A stretch of 64,000 nt of DNA from an uncultured Gemmatimonadaceae bacterium. GTDB lineage: Bacteria; Gemmatimonadota; Gemmatimonadetes; Gemmatimonadales; Gemmatimonadaceae. Below the pieces are notes generated by a model. It was not told the DNA's origin, did no database searches, and saw only the letters and a list, made by a program, of their open reading frames with translations. Location: NCBI GenBank assembly GCA_963740355.1, contig CAVUDW010000003.1:416001-480000 (forward strand), given 5' to 3'. Below are positions 19,126 through 29,298 of the stretch, piece after piece. How positions within the stretch are numbered: the first letter of the stretch is position 1; each line of letters opens with the position of its first letter. The position numbers and the translations under genes were made by a program.

Positions 19126-21114
19126 ATGCCAGCACGACAGGTGCGCGATACCACGTCGCCGATCATCCCGCCCGAGCAGACGGCGGTGCGTGTTTCATCA
19201 CCCGGCGCGCTGCACACGTCGCTGCGTCTGGTGAGTGGCGGGGCGCGCGGCCTTGTCCTCGCGTTGGCAGCCGTGGCTCTCCTCCCCTACGTGTTCATCC
19301 CACGCTATGACCTGGTGGTGACACGCCCGTTTAATGGTGCCACACTCCACAGCCCTTACGAGCGCACGCCAGGTCAGTGGCGCTTGGCGAACTTTCATGC
19401 TCACAGCCGCGCCTGGTCCGGCCTCACATCGGGACGGGATTCCGCGCGCGCGGTCTACAGCGCGTACCGCACGCTTGGCTATGACGTGATCGGGTTGTCG
19501 AACTATCATACGATCACGACCCTGCCAGACACGCCAAATGCCATCCCCGTGTACGAACACGGATTCGGTATCCAGAAGACGCATCAGCTGGTCATCGGTG
19601 CGCGACGCGTGCTTGGATGGGACATACCGATCTGGCAAACACAGGACGCGAAACAGTTCCTGCTCTCCCGGTTGCGCGACTCCGCGGCGCTGACGACCAT
19701 CGCCCATCCGTACATGCGCTGGGGCTATACTCGCGAGCAGGTGCGCACCCTCGGCGCCTTCGATCTGCTCGAGGTGCGCAGCCACTGGGGTGATGCATCG
19801 GCGTGGTGGGACGCCGCGCTGACCGCGGGCAATCCGATCTGGGCCGTCGGCGACGACGACAGTCACGACGTGACCCGCAAGACGAGTCTCGGTCTCGTCT
19901 GGACCGTGGTTGACGCACCCACCACGCGTCCTGCCGACATCATCGCGGCGCTGCGTGCCGGGCGAATGTACGTGATCGCGGGCCAGGGCGCGCGCAGCGA
20001 TATCCACCTGATATCGCAATCGGTGCGCGGCGACACGATCACGACAACGTTCGATTCGCCCGCGCGGAAGATCCGCGTGATCGGCGACAGCGGCCGAGTG
20101 GTGCAAACAGCGGCGAATACTGCAACGCTCCGCACCGTCATGCCGCTGTCGGCACACTACGTTCGTGTCGTCGCCTCGACAGACAGCAATACGCTGTATC
20201 TCAACCCCGTCCTTCGTGCGTCCCTCCCGGTGACAGTGCGCGACGCTCCGCCGATTCGCCCGCTCGCATCATTCATCAGCCGCACTGTCGCCGGCGCGCT
20301 GTTTGCTCTCGCTGTCGTGCTGCTGGTGCCGGGGCGCTGGTCCGCTGGCCTGCGACAGATGGCGCGGCGCCGGCTGCACATCGCAGATGCAGGGAAGGCG
20401 GCAAGCATCGCGATCCTCGCAGGTGCGCTCATGGCGCCGCCGCTTCCGGCACAATCGACGTCGCGCCCCTTCGCTCCCGGTGAACGAAACGAGTACGAGC
20501 TCAAATTCGGAATACTGACCGTCGGGACGGGTGTGCTATCAGTCGCGGGGCCGGACACCGTCCGCGGGCACGAGGTGCTGCGGCTGCGATACCGGATCGA
20601 CGGTGGGATACCATTCTTTCGGGTGCATGACGAGATGGAAAGCTGGTTCGATCCGGTGACGATGGTGAGCTATCGCTTCACACAGGAACTGCGTGAAGGA
20701 TCGAAGCGATACAGCAGACACTTCGACTTCTTCCCAGATGAGCGCGTGGTGCTGGAGCGTGGCAAGCCGAGCGCCGCGTCGGTTGCGTCGCCGCTTGACG
20801 ATGCGTCATTCATCTTCTTCATGCGGATGCAGCCGTTGGTCCCCGGGGTGATCCTGACGTCAGACCGTTACTTCAGACCCGACGCGAATCCGATCATCAT
20901 CCGCGTGCTGCGGCGCGAAACAATCACCGTGCCGGCAGGCACGTTCGCGACGATTGTCGTTCAGCCGCAAATCAAAACCGCGGGAATCTTTTCGGATGGT
21001 GGCGAAGCATTGCTCTGGTTCTCGGACGATGCGTCGCGAACGCTCATCCAGATGCGGGCGAAGTTGTCGTTTGGATCGATAGGCCTCTATCTCAAACCCC
21101 GGCCGGCGCCGTGA
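19126..21114 (+). CDS. PHP-family metallohydrolase fused to a DUF3108-like domain
   Basis: NFHAHS, SNYH, YEHG, AHP and GDDDSHD metal motifs; then TM segments and PFAPGERNEYELKFG..ETITVPAGTF. Confidence 0.75.
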   Translation: MPARQVRDTTSPIIPPEQTAVRVSSPGALHTSLRLVSGGARGLVLALAAVALLPYVFIPRYDLVVTRPFNGATLHSPYERTPGQWRLANFHAHSRAWSGLTSGRDSARAVYSAYRTLGYDVIGLSNYHTITTLPDTPNAIPVYEHGFGIQKTHQLVIGARRVLGWDIPIWQTQDAKQFLLSRLRDSAALTTIAHPYMRWGYTREQVRTLGAFDLLEVRSHWGDASAWWDAALTAGNPIWAVGDDDSHDVTRKTSLGLVWTVVDAPTTRPADIIAALRAGRMYVIAGQGARSDIHLISQSVRGDTITTTFDSPARKIRVIGDSGRVVQTAANTATLRTVMPLSAHYVRVVASTDSNTLYLNPVLRASLPVTVRDAPPIRPLASFISRTVAGALFALAVVLLVPGRWSAGLRQMARRRLHIADAGKAASIAILAGALMAPPLPAQSTSRPFAPGERNEYELKFGILTVGTGVLSVAGPDTVRGHEVLRLRYRIDGGIPFFRVHDEMESWFDPVTMVSYRFTQELREGSKRYSRHFDFFPDERVVLERGKPSAASVASPLDDASFIFFMRMQPLVPGVILTSDRYFRPDANPIIIRVLRRETITVPAGTFATIVVQPQIKTAGIFSDGGEALLWFSDDASRTLIQMRAKLSFGSIGLYLKPRPAP

Positions 21115-21535
21115 TTCAATCGCCGCGCCAACACTCGGTCGTCCGTGATGGATCCGTTGCGCCCGCCGGTTCGTGACGAATGCTGGCTGGAAAGCATGGT
21201 GAGCGCTCGCTGCGTGCCGGTGAATGCGGATGAGCTTGTGCTGAAGGGCTGGAATCTCGAAGCCTGCCGCGCCGGCGTCGTCACATCCACATCCGTACTC
21301 GTCATGACGCCCTGTGTCAGCCAGGTTGTCCGCGGGCTGGGAAGCCGGAGGGCTGTGCCTTGCGCACTTCGGCGACGTCGCGGGCGGGAGAAGCGGACGC
21401 GGATCTACTTGCGCCAGACGTCGTTGATCGTGGGGTTATCTGGCCTGTGCCATCTTCACTCCGCAAGTACGACCCAGCCAGATGCGTTTCCGCAATCCAC
21501 GCTGGCTTCACCCGTCCTGAACTGGAGCCGTTCCG

Positions 21536-21964
21536 ATGATTACCCGAGGCTTGTCCCTGGCGACTCGTACCGCCGCGCTGGCATTCGCACTCGCAACCGG
21601 CACGCTGGTCGCCGCAACCAGCGCGCAAGCGCAATCGACGCCGGGCAGCGGCCCGATGAAAGAAGACAAGCCGGGCCAATTGGCCCGCGCACGCATTTCG
21701 CCTGACTCCGCCCGCCACTTGGCGCGGACCCGCGTCGCCAACGCCACCATTGCCGAAGAAGGCATCGAGGTGGAGAAGGGCAAGCTTCTCTACTCGTTCG
21801 ACATGAAGACTGCGGGTCGCCCCGGCATCGATGAAGTGCTGATCGACGCCACCACCGGCGCAATCATCTCAGTGGATCACGAGGGACCGGCGCAAGAGGC
21901 TGCTGAGCGTGCGCAGGACGCGCGCGAACGGCGCGTGAAGGCCGGCAGTGCACGGCGTCCCTGA
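21536..21964 (+). CDS. PepSY domain protein
   Basis: Signal peptide; ISPDSAR..EEGIEVEKGKLLYSFDM..EVLIDATTGAII. Confidence 0.85.
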   Translation: MITRGLSLATRTAALAFALATGTLVAATSAQAQSTPGSGPMKEDKPGQLARARISPDSARHLARTRVANATIAEEGIEVEKGKLLYSFDMKTAGRPGIDEVLIDATTGAIISVDHEGPAQEAAERAQDARERRVKAGSARRP

Positions 21965-21976
21965 GCGCGCAGGACA

Positions 21977-23743
21977 ATGAGCCGCTGCAGCGTGCATGGA
22001 AAGTGTCGGGGCGGCGTGCAACACGTCGCCCCGACACCCGTGTGCGCGATGCTGGCACTGCTCGCCTTTGTTCTGTACGCTGCGAATCTGCGTGCGCAAT
22101 CCCAACCGGCATGTGCGGGCACCGATACGGTGCCTGTCGCGCGCTACTCCGGTCGACGCATCAGTGCGGTCGACATCCAGAGCCTTGCACCATATCGCCT
22201 CTTGGGGCCGATATCGCCAATGATCCATGTGACAACGCGCGAGCTCTACATCAGAGAACGTTTGCTGTTCGCCGTTGGTGATACCGTCGACACGCTGCGG
22301 ACGGCGCAGTCTCTCCGACAACTTCGCTCGTCGCGTGGATTGCTCGGTGCGTCGCTCGAGGCGCGATGCGTGCCGGATGGTGGAGTTGCCCTGCGTGTGT
22401 CCACGCGTGACGCGTGGAGCCTTCGGCCACGGGTGGATATGCGGGGCAGCGGCCGGGTGACCGCCTTGGTGGAGGAGGCAAACTTACTCGGAACGGGACG
22501 ATCAATACGCGTGTACGGGCGCGCGGAACGCGGCGTGATCGGAGTCGGTGCCGCGCTGTCCGATCCCACGCTGTTCCACGGAAAGGCGACCGCGACGATT
22601 GCGCACGACATCCTGCAACGCGGCACGATCAGCGCGCTGTCGATGCAGTCACGGGACGCCGGAGCCCTCTCCGAGCACGACTTCGCCGTCGCGCTGACTG
22701 CAATGACACTGACCGATGTCGGACGTGACGCGGCACCAGTCTCGCGCGAATCGATACAGCGCCAAACTGCGACAGCACTGATTCAGAAGCGGGTCGTGTG
22801 GCGCCCGGAGGCCTCCCTCTATCTGCAGGTCGGCGCGGAAGCCGAGCGCACGACGCTGCAGGCACGGCTGCCGTTCGCGGGTGCCGGACCGGCGGCGGTG
22901 CGACGCGATTTCGTAGGCCTCGATGTGGGTGCGGCACGCCGTTCGGCGCGCTATCTCGCTGTACCGTGGTTGGTTCCCGGCACTGCAGCGCCAAGTGGAG
23001 CGGATGCAAATGCCGCGGAGGTGCCGACCGGGACCGAACTCGATGCGGTGCTGGCACTTGGCCGGGATCTGCGGAGCAGGCGGCCGGCAATACACGTTGA
23101 TTCATGGTTTGGCCGGATCTGGGCGATGGGTGACGGCGGCGCACGCGGCGACACGCATGCGCCCCGCGCGCTGCTGGCAACAGATCTGTGGCTGAGCGGA
23201 TATCGCACGGGCGGCTCGGGTGCGTGGTCGGCCGGAGATGCACGATTCTCCCTCGCGGCCAGTGCGCCGGCGCGGCGAGGTCGATGGACCGCGCGCGCCG
23301 CCGTCGAGCACATGGCTGACCCCGACCCCGATGTCCGCACGCTGAGCTTCGCGGAGCCGCTCGGCGCCGTCGCCTGGCGCGATGCGAGAGCGGCCGAGAG
23401 CGCCGTAACGATCTCAATGGATCGCAGCGTGCAACTGCTCCCACCAATCCGCGGCTACGCGTTGGACGGTGTGGCATTTGGCGCCATGACGACACGATGG
23501 GAAGTGACGCCGCGCACCGGACTCGCGGCCGCCACCACTGCGCGTATTCAGCAAGCCGTTCTCGGTATCGGCCTGCGCCTGAGCCCAACACACTTCGTCG
23601 CGCCGACAATGACAATTGGCATCGGTGTTCCGCTGCTGCGCATGCCGGGTAGTGCGATGTCACCCGTGCTCAGCGTCTCCGTGTCTCCGCCGCTTGGCCG
23701 CGGACGACAACGCGCACGCCGCGCACCATACATTCCCCGATGA
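21977..23743 (+). CDS. POTRA-like / Omp85-like outer-membrane protein (divergent)
   Basis: TTRELYIRERLLFAVGD..LRQLR..STRDAWSL..EEANLLGTG. Confidence 0.6.
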   Translation: MSRCSVHGKCRGGVQHVAPTPVCAMLALLAFVLYAANLRAQSQPACAGTDTVPVARYSGRRISAVDIQSLAPYRLLGPISPMIHVTTRELYIRERLLFAVGDTVDTLRTAQSLRQLRSSRGLLGASLEARCVPDGGVALRVSTRDAWSLRPRVDMRGSGRVTALVEEANLLGTGRSIRVYGRAERGVIGVGAALSDPTLFHGKATATIAHDILQRGTISALSMQSRDAGALSEHDFAVALTAMTLTDVGRDAAPVSRESIQRQTATALIQKRVVWRPEASLYLQVGAEAERTTLQARLPFAGAGPAAVRRDFVGLDVGAARRSARYLAVPWLVPGTAAPSGADANAAEVPTGTELDAVLALGRDLRSRRPAIHVDSWFGRIWAMGDGGARGDTHAPRALLATDLWLSGYRTGGSGAWSAGDARFSLAASAPARRGRWTARAAVEHMADPDPDVRTLSFAEPLGAVAWRDARAAESAVTISMDRSVQLLPPIRGYALDGVAFGAMTTRWEVTPRTGLAAATTARIQQAVLGIGLRLSPTHFVAPTMTIGIGVPLLRMPGSAMSPVLSVSVSPPLGRGRQRARRAPYIPR

Positions 23744-23849
23744 AGCACCGGAGCTGATAATGCTGGGACCGAAACGCATCGCCACTGGCGGTCGAGCCAC
23801 CGTTTTCCGCCCAGCGTATGGCCGCCGCCCGCGATTGGGGCACATTGGC

Positions 23850-26222
23850 ATGCGACTCGCCGCTGTGCTGTCGCTCTGCGCCAGCGTCGCCGTTCCCGCG
23901 CAGACTGTTCCGGCAGCGAGCGCCGCGCACGCAATACCGTCAACGGTTTGCGTCGCGCATGCGCCGGGAATCGTCAACACAGTCGAGGACAGCACCGTCT
24001 ACCGTTCGCCGTCGCTCTGCCAGTTGGTCGCAGAGCTCGCGGCCGAGGCACGACACGTACCGGCCGCGCTGACGGACTACCGTGTCAGCGTCGAAAGTGA
24101 AGTGGCCTTCATTCTTCGGACTGCTGCGGCCGCACAAGGCACCGGTTCAACCGTCTCGTCTGCCGACGCCGGTCGCGAGCGCTTGCTGCAAGTGGAACAG
24201 ATCGAGAGTGCGCTGAGGTGGGAACGCAACGGCACCGTCGATCAGCACATCATCGGGTATCGTTCGCGCGCGGTGACCGCGTCGCCGTCGGCACTCAGCG
24301 TGCTCCGTCAGCCGTGGGTGGTACCGGTGCTCTACGGAAATCGCCTGCAGCTCCTGCTGGGTCGACGCGCATCACGCACCGACTCTTCTGGCACGACGCA
24401 CGGATCGGCAGCCGCCGCCAGCGCACTGCTCGCAATCCACCCGTTCGCAGACGACCGTGCGCAGGTGTATCGCTTCGGGGGCGGCGATACGGTGGCTGTC
24501 CTCCGGCTCGGACCACGTGCCGTCACCGTCGTACGCATCACGGTCGATCCAGCAACGGCACCGCGGGGCCGGACACTCCTCTTCCGCGGTACGATTGACG
24601 TCGATGCCGAGCGCCACCAGATCATCCGGATGCGCGGGCAATTCGTGATCGAAGCACGGCAGCGCAGTGTCATCCGCCGAGCCCTGAATGCCGCCTGGGA
24701 AACAGTCGTGTTTGCCGAGCTCGAGAACGCGGAGTTCGATGGGATATACTGGCTGCCATCGCGACAGCGGATCGAGGGACAGGCACGATCGGCATTTGCT
24801 GGCGAGTTGCGCCCATTGATGCGGGTGGTGAGCCGCTTCACGAATTACCGCATCAATCAGTCCGGACGTGGCGAAGCATCGCTGGCGGGTGGCGCAAGTG
24901 ATACCGCCCGGGCGCCAGCGGCGCGGATCACGTTCGCGCCGCGTGATAGCATGAGCGCCTTCGATGCATGGCAGTCGGCGCTCGGTACCGCGACGAACTC
25001 CACTGCGCGCGCGACCGACTTCGACGACATCGCACCAGATCACTGGCGTCCCGCCGGCGCACCCTTCCTGGATTGGCGCGCGGACCGAATCAACGATGTG
25101 TTCCGCTATAACCGTGTCGAGGGAGTGTTCACGGGGCTCTCCGCGACCCTCCGATTTCGGGACGCTGCGCCCGGGCTGAGTGTGGGTACGAACGTCGGCT
25201 GGGCTTGGGCAGAACATACGCCTCGCGGCTCCGTTTGGTCCCGCTGGGCGCGCGGACCGTGGCTGTTCTCAGGACGCGCCGAACGCAGCCTCGTCAACAC
25301 GAACGATTTCCGACCGTTGCTCGACTACGAACAATCGCTGATGGCGTTGCTCGTCACGGCGGATGACTACGACTACGTGGATCGTCGAAGCGTCGTGGTT
25401 GGCATGACACGAACGCTCCCGATTCGCGGCGCGCCAGCGTTCCATATCGAAGCTGGCCCGGCGTTCGATCGCGGCGAAGTTGCACGCGTCAGGTACGGGC
25501 TGATCCATCTGGATTCTGCGTTCCGCGGAAATCGCGCCGCCGCGACGGGCGGGTATGTGCATACAGCCGCTGGCATTGACCTTCATCCGAATGTAACGGG
25601 TGACTTTCTTGCGCCAGGCGTTGGCGGTGGACTCTGGTACGAGCGCGGTGATGGGCCCCTGAGCTGGCAGCGACTGGAGGCACGACTCACAGCGAGGCGG
25701 AGTATCGCTGCACTGATCGTTGCGGGTCGGCTCGACGCGATCGCGTTGTTCGCGAAACAGCCCATCCCGCAACAGGTGATCGAGTTCGGCGAATCCGAAG
25801 GATTACCTGGATACGCGTACAAGGAGTTTGGTGGCGACCGCGCGGTGCTGGCACGCGGCGCGGTGGAGTATCAGCTCCCATTCCTTCGTACACCCATTCG
25901 GCTCGGCGGTGGCACAGGACGCATCGGCCGCCTCGTGCTGCCGGGCCTGTCGCCGTCCATCGCCGTCGGGGGACAGGCAGGTTGGGCCGCAGCGCGCGAT
26001 CCGTCGACCCGGGCTGCACTCGCGTTGTTCGGGACGCGGCGCGACAGCGTGTCCGGCGCGCTCGTCCTTGCTACGCGACCAACCGACGGGATCCGCTCGA
26101 CTCTGAGTCTCACACTGAGATTGTTCGGCGGCACGATCGGACTCGGCGTTGCACGCCCACTCGACAGCCGTGGCTCGACGCGGGGCTGGAACTTTGTCTT
26201 TGGCGCCGGGCAGGCATTCTGA
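23850..26222 (+). CDS. Large outer-membrane beta-barrel protein (DUF5686-like)
   Basis: Signal peptide; FRYNRVEGVFTG; LPGYAYKEFGGDR; terminal Phe (GQAF); alternative start 23760. Confidence 0.7.
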   Translation: MRLAAVLSLCASVAVPAQTVPAASAAHAIPSTVCVAHAPGIVNTVEDSTVYRSPSLCQLVAELAAEARHVPAALTDYRVSVESEVAFILRTAAAAQGTGSTVSSADAGRERLLQVEQIESALRWERNGTVDQHIIGYRSRAVTASPSALSVLRQPWVVPVLYGNRLQLLLGRRASRTDSSGTTHGSAAAASALLAIHPFADDRAQVYRFGGGDTVAVLRLGPRAVTVVRITVDPATAPRGRTLLFRGTIDVDAERHQIIRMRGQFVIEARQRSVIRRALNAAWETVVFAELENAEFDGIYWLPSRQRIEGQARSAFAGELRPLMRVVSRFTNYRINQSGRGEASLAGGASDTARAPAARITFAPRDSMSAFDAWQSALGTATNSTARATDFDDIAPDHWRPAGAPFLDWRADRINDVFRYNRVEGVFTGLSATLRFRDAAPGLSVGTNVGWAWAEHTPRGSVWSRWARGPWLFSGRAERSLVNTNDFRPLLDYEQSLMALLVTADDYDYVDRRSVVVGMTRTLPIRGAPAFHIEAGPAFDRGEVARVRYGLIHLDSAFRGNRAAATGGYVHTAAGIDLHPNVTGDFLAPGVGGGLWYERGDGPLSWQRLEARLTARRSIAALIVAGRLDAIALFAKQPIPQQVIEFGESEGLPGYAYKEFGGDRAVLARGAVEYQLPFLRTPIRLGGGTGRIGRLVLPGLSPSIAVGGQAGWAAARDPSTRAALALFGTRRDSVSGALVLATRPTDGIRSTLSLTLRLFGGTIGLGVARPLDSRGSTRGWNFVFGAGQAF

Positions 26223-27082
26223 GCACTCCCCATCTCGCTGTCGGCGGGCGCAAGCCGTTCGCATGGCTGCCACGCTGGACACGCTGGACGCTCTTCGTCA
26301 TCGTGATCGCCGCTGAGGTGGCGACGATGATCAGCTGGCAACTCAGCGGCTCAGACGGTGCACCGAATGCACGTGTGCAAGACGCAGTGCTGCGACAACC
26401 CGGCGTGGAACTCTACCCGGCACGAGGTGGCGCGCTCCGCGCTCGCGCGCTGATCGTCTTCTTCGGCGATAGCGGCTGTTGGCGGCCGTATCGCCGACTG
26501 GCCTCAGCACTGGCCAACGACGGCTACGCCGTCATCGCGGTACATGCTCGGCTTGCGCAGCCGGTGCTAGATTCTGTATCGGCGCGGGCAACAGAAGATG
26601 CGCTGGCAGCGCTGATCCGTCGCGGGATCGCCGAAATATCGCCCACCCTGGAAAGCAGAGCGGGTGCCGCTGCACAGCCGCTGCCAATGCCCGTCGTGCT
26701 GATGGGGCATGCAGAAGGGGCTTCGCTGGCGCTGTGGGCGTCGCAGCACGTCGCGATCAACGCGCTGCGTGGCATCGTGACGCTGTCCGCTCAATCGGCG
26801 GGAAGTCACCCCGCCGACACGCAGCGCACAGTGCACTTCACGCTGACGTCGACCGATCAGGCAGCGCGAGCGCGCGATACGTCACAGGTCATGCTGTCGA
26901 CCGTGCGTGTGGCATCGATCACTGGTTCCCTCGGGCCAGCCGGACTTGTCTCGCGCGTGCAACGGCGTAGTCCGACTGAAGCGGCGTTCGCCGTCCCCTT
27001 TTCAACCGTCCGACTCACCTCACCTTTGCTCACCGGCATCGCAGTACGGCGTTCACTCAACTGGATTCTCGCGCCGCAATGA
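26219..27082 (+). CDS. AcvB/VirJ-like alpha/beta hydrolase with Ser-to-Ala at the nucleophile elbow; start uncertain
   Basis: LIVFFGDSGCWRPYRRLASALANDGYAV; VVLMGHAEGA. Confidence 0.6.
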   Translation: MSTPHLAVGGRKPFAWLPRWTRWTLFVIVIAAEVATMISWQLSGSDGAPNARVQDAVLRQPGVELYPARGGALRARALIVFFGDSGCWRPYRRLASALANDGYAVIAVHARLAQPVLDSVSARATEDALAALIRRGIAEISPTLESRAGAAAQPLPMPVVLMGHAEGASLALWASQHVAINALRGIVTLSAQSAGSHPADTQRTVHFTLTSTDQAARARDTSQVMLSTVRVASITGSLGPAGLVSRVQRRSPTEAAFAVPFSTVRLTSPLLTGIAVRRSLNWILAPQ

Positions 27083-28609
27083 CGGCTGCGGTTGCGGGAG
27101 CCAGACAACAAATCGTGTGCCGGCGTCCGACGTCTTGTCGAGCACCACGCGCCCACCATGCGCACCCGCGATCCACTGTGCGATCGACAGTCCGAGACCA
27201 GCGCCCCCAAGGCCGCCGCCGTGCTGACGCCCACGTGCCGTGTCGTCACGCACAAAGCGATCAAACAGGGTTGCGCGAATCGAGGCCGCAACGCCCGTGC
27301 CTGAATCCTCGACCGCGATACAATACCAGGAGCCGCTGCTGTCACCACCGTGGCCGCTCGCGATGTCGGCCTGTTCAGTCAACCCGACGCGGACGGTCGA
27401 TCCCGCCGGGCTATGCTTGATTGCGTTGTCGACAAGATTGAGCAGAAGGCGGCCAAGGAGCGATGGATCACCGGAGAATGGCGATTCGTCGCTGACCGCC
27501 GCCAGGACGCTGACGTTTCGTTCGCGGCCGAGTGCGCGCCCAGCCTTCGCGACATCGACGACAATCTCCTCGAGAAATACCAGTTCACGCTGCAAGGGCT
27601 GCTCATCGCTGTCCGCACGCGCCAGCAGAAAGAGGTCTTCGACGATGCGGGTCAGCCGCTTGCCTTCAGTGCTCACGAGCGCCAACGCCGCACGCTGGCT
27701 GTCCACGCTCGGAACCGTCTGCTGCAGTTCCATGTCCGCTGCACTGCGAACAACAGCAATTGGCGTACGAAGTTCATGCGACGCATCTGACATGAACTGC
27801 CGCTGCTGCACAAACGATGCATGCAGCCGTTCCAGCATCCGGTTGAGGATTGCTGCCAGTTTCCCCAGCTCATCGTGAGGATTCGCCAGGGCCAGGCGCG
27901 CGTCAAAGCGCGACGAACTGATGTGCTCCGCCTGTCGCCCCATTGCGAGTGCTGGGGCAAGGCTGTTCCTCGCGATCAGGTAGCCGCCAGCACCGGACAG
28001 CAGAATCGCCACCGGAATCGCGGCGAAGATCCAGCCGACGAACGCCTCATTCACGTCTTCTGCCGCCGACAGGCTCCGGACGATGACGACCAGCAGTGTA
28101 TCGCCCCGATAGGATGTCCGGCGCGCGAAAACTCGCGACTCTGCGTCGTCGGCTCCGACGGAGGTAAGCACAGCGCCAGACGCCATTGTCGCGTTGAGGA
28201 CATCCTGCAAGGCGACCTGTTCGGTACGTGGTGTGACGCCGGTCGGCAGCGGCATGGCAATGGGATCCGTGTCCGACACCGCCAGAAGTTGGTGGCGCGC
28301 ATCGTAGATGCGGATCTGTCGATCACGATATCGCACTTCACGCACCACGTCCTGAGTCGCCACATCGAGCGCGGAGCCTTCCTCGGTATCCTCATCATCG
28401 AGCGCTTGCACGGTCAGCTGCGCTGTCTCGCGGAGCGAGCCGTCGACGCGAGCGAGTGTGCCGAGTGTGAGGTAGCGGTCCGTGATCAGTGCGAACAGGA
28501 CAAGGATCACGCCCGTCACCGCACCGTGCCACAGCGCCATCCTCATCCGCACCGGCAGGCGTTGATACCACCGCTCGAAGGGACGTGGCAACAAGGTACA
28601 GCGCATCAT
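27053..28609 (-). CDS. Two-component sensor histidine kinase (HAMP-HisKA-HATPase)
   Basis: DELGKLA, DASHELRTP, NLVDNAIKH, GAGLGLSIA. Confidence 0.95.
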   Translation of the reverse strand: MMRCTLLPRPFERWYQRLPVRMRMALWHGAVTGVILVLFALITDRYLTLGTLARVDGSLRETAQLTVQALDDEDTEEGSALDVATQDVVREVRYRDRQIRIYDARHQLLAVSDTDPIAMPLPTGVTPRTEQVALQDVLNATMASGAVLTSVGADDAESRVFARRTSYRGDTLLVVIVRSLSAAEDVNEAFVGWIFAAIPVAILLSGAGGYLIARNSLAPALAMGRQAEHISSSRFDARLALANPHDELGKLAAILNRMLERLHASFVQQRQFMSDASHELRTPIAVVRSAADMELQQTVPSVDSQRAALALVSTEGKRLTRIVEDLFLLARADSDEQPLQRELVFLEEIVVDVAKAGRALGRERNVSVLAAVSDESPFSGDPSLLGRLLLNLVDNAIKHSPAGSTVRVGLTEQADIASGHGGDSSGSWYCIAVEDSGTGVAASIRATLFDRFVRDDTARGRQHGGGLGGAGLGLSIAQWIAGAHGGRVVLDKTSDAGTRFVVWLPQPQPSLRRENPVE

Positions 28610-29289
28610 TCCCTTGGGGGTGTGGTCGAGAGCATATACCCAGCTCCGCGACGCGTATGGATCAGTGACACCTGGCCAGCCTGGTCAACCTTTCGGCGCA
28701 AGCGATTGATGTACGACTCGATCAGATTGGAACAGGGATCGTAGTTGTCGTCCCAGACGTGGTCGGAGATTTCGGCTCGCCCGACGACCCGATTCGTGTT
28801 GCGGACAAGAAACTCCAGTAGCGCGTACTCTTTCGTCGTCAGCGGTACCAGCGCGTCGGCTCGTGTCGCGCGCTGACTGCGCGTGTCGAGTATGAGGTCG
28901 CCGACCGATAGCAGTTCTGGGAGCACATCAGCGCCACGACGCAGCAAGGCACGCAACCGAGCGAACAGCTCACCGATGTCGAACGGCTTGGTGAGATAGT
29001 CGTCCGCACCGGCATCCAAGCCGTCGATCCGATCGCGCACACCATCCCGTGCGGTCAGCATGAGGATCCGCGCTGATGCTCCGCGACGCCGGACTTCAGC
29101 GCAGACCGAAAAACCGTCGCGCTTGGGAAGCAACACATCGAGAATGATCGCGTCGTACGGCGTAATTGCTGACTGATACACCGCATCATCGCCATCCGCA
29201 GCAACATCGACGGCATAGGATTCGGCGCGCAGGCCAGTGGCGAGCACCTTTGCCAGCACGGCATCATCTTCCACGAGCAGAACGCGCAT
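28606..29289 (-). CDS. OmpR-family response regulator
   Basis: VLLVEDD, DVLLP, GADDYLTKPF, LIHTRRGAGY. Confidence 0.95.
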   Translation of the reverse strand: MRVLLVEDDAVLAKVLATGLRAESYAVDVAADGDDAVYQSAITPYDAIILDVLLPKRDGFSVCAEVRRRGASARILMLTARDGVRDRIDGLDAGADDYLTKPFDIGELFARLRALLRRGADVLPELLSVGDLILDTRSQRATRADALVPLTTKEYALLEFLVRNTNRVVGRAEISDHVWDDNYDPCSNLIESYINRLRRKVDQAGQVSLIHTRRGAGYMLSTTPPRE

Positions 29290-29298
29290 CGCAGTATC

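Noticed and set aside
21115..21535. Small ORF or ncRNA in the 420-bp gap before PepSY
   Set aside because: No convincing ORF, structure or clear copy of the AGTGA box.
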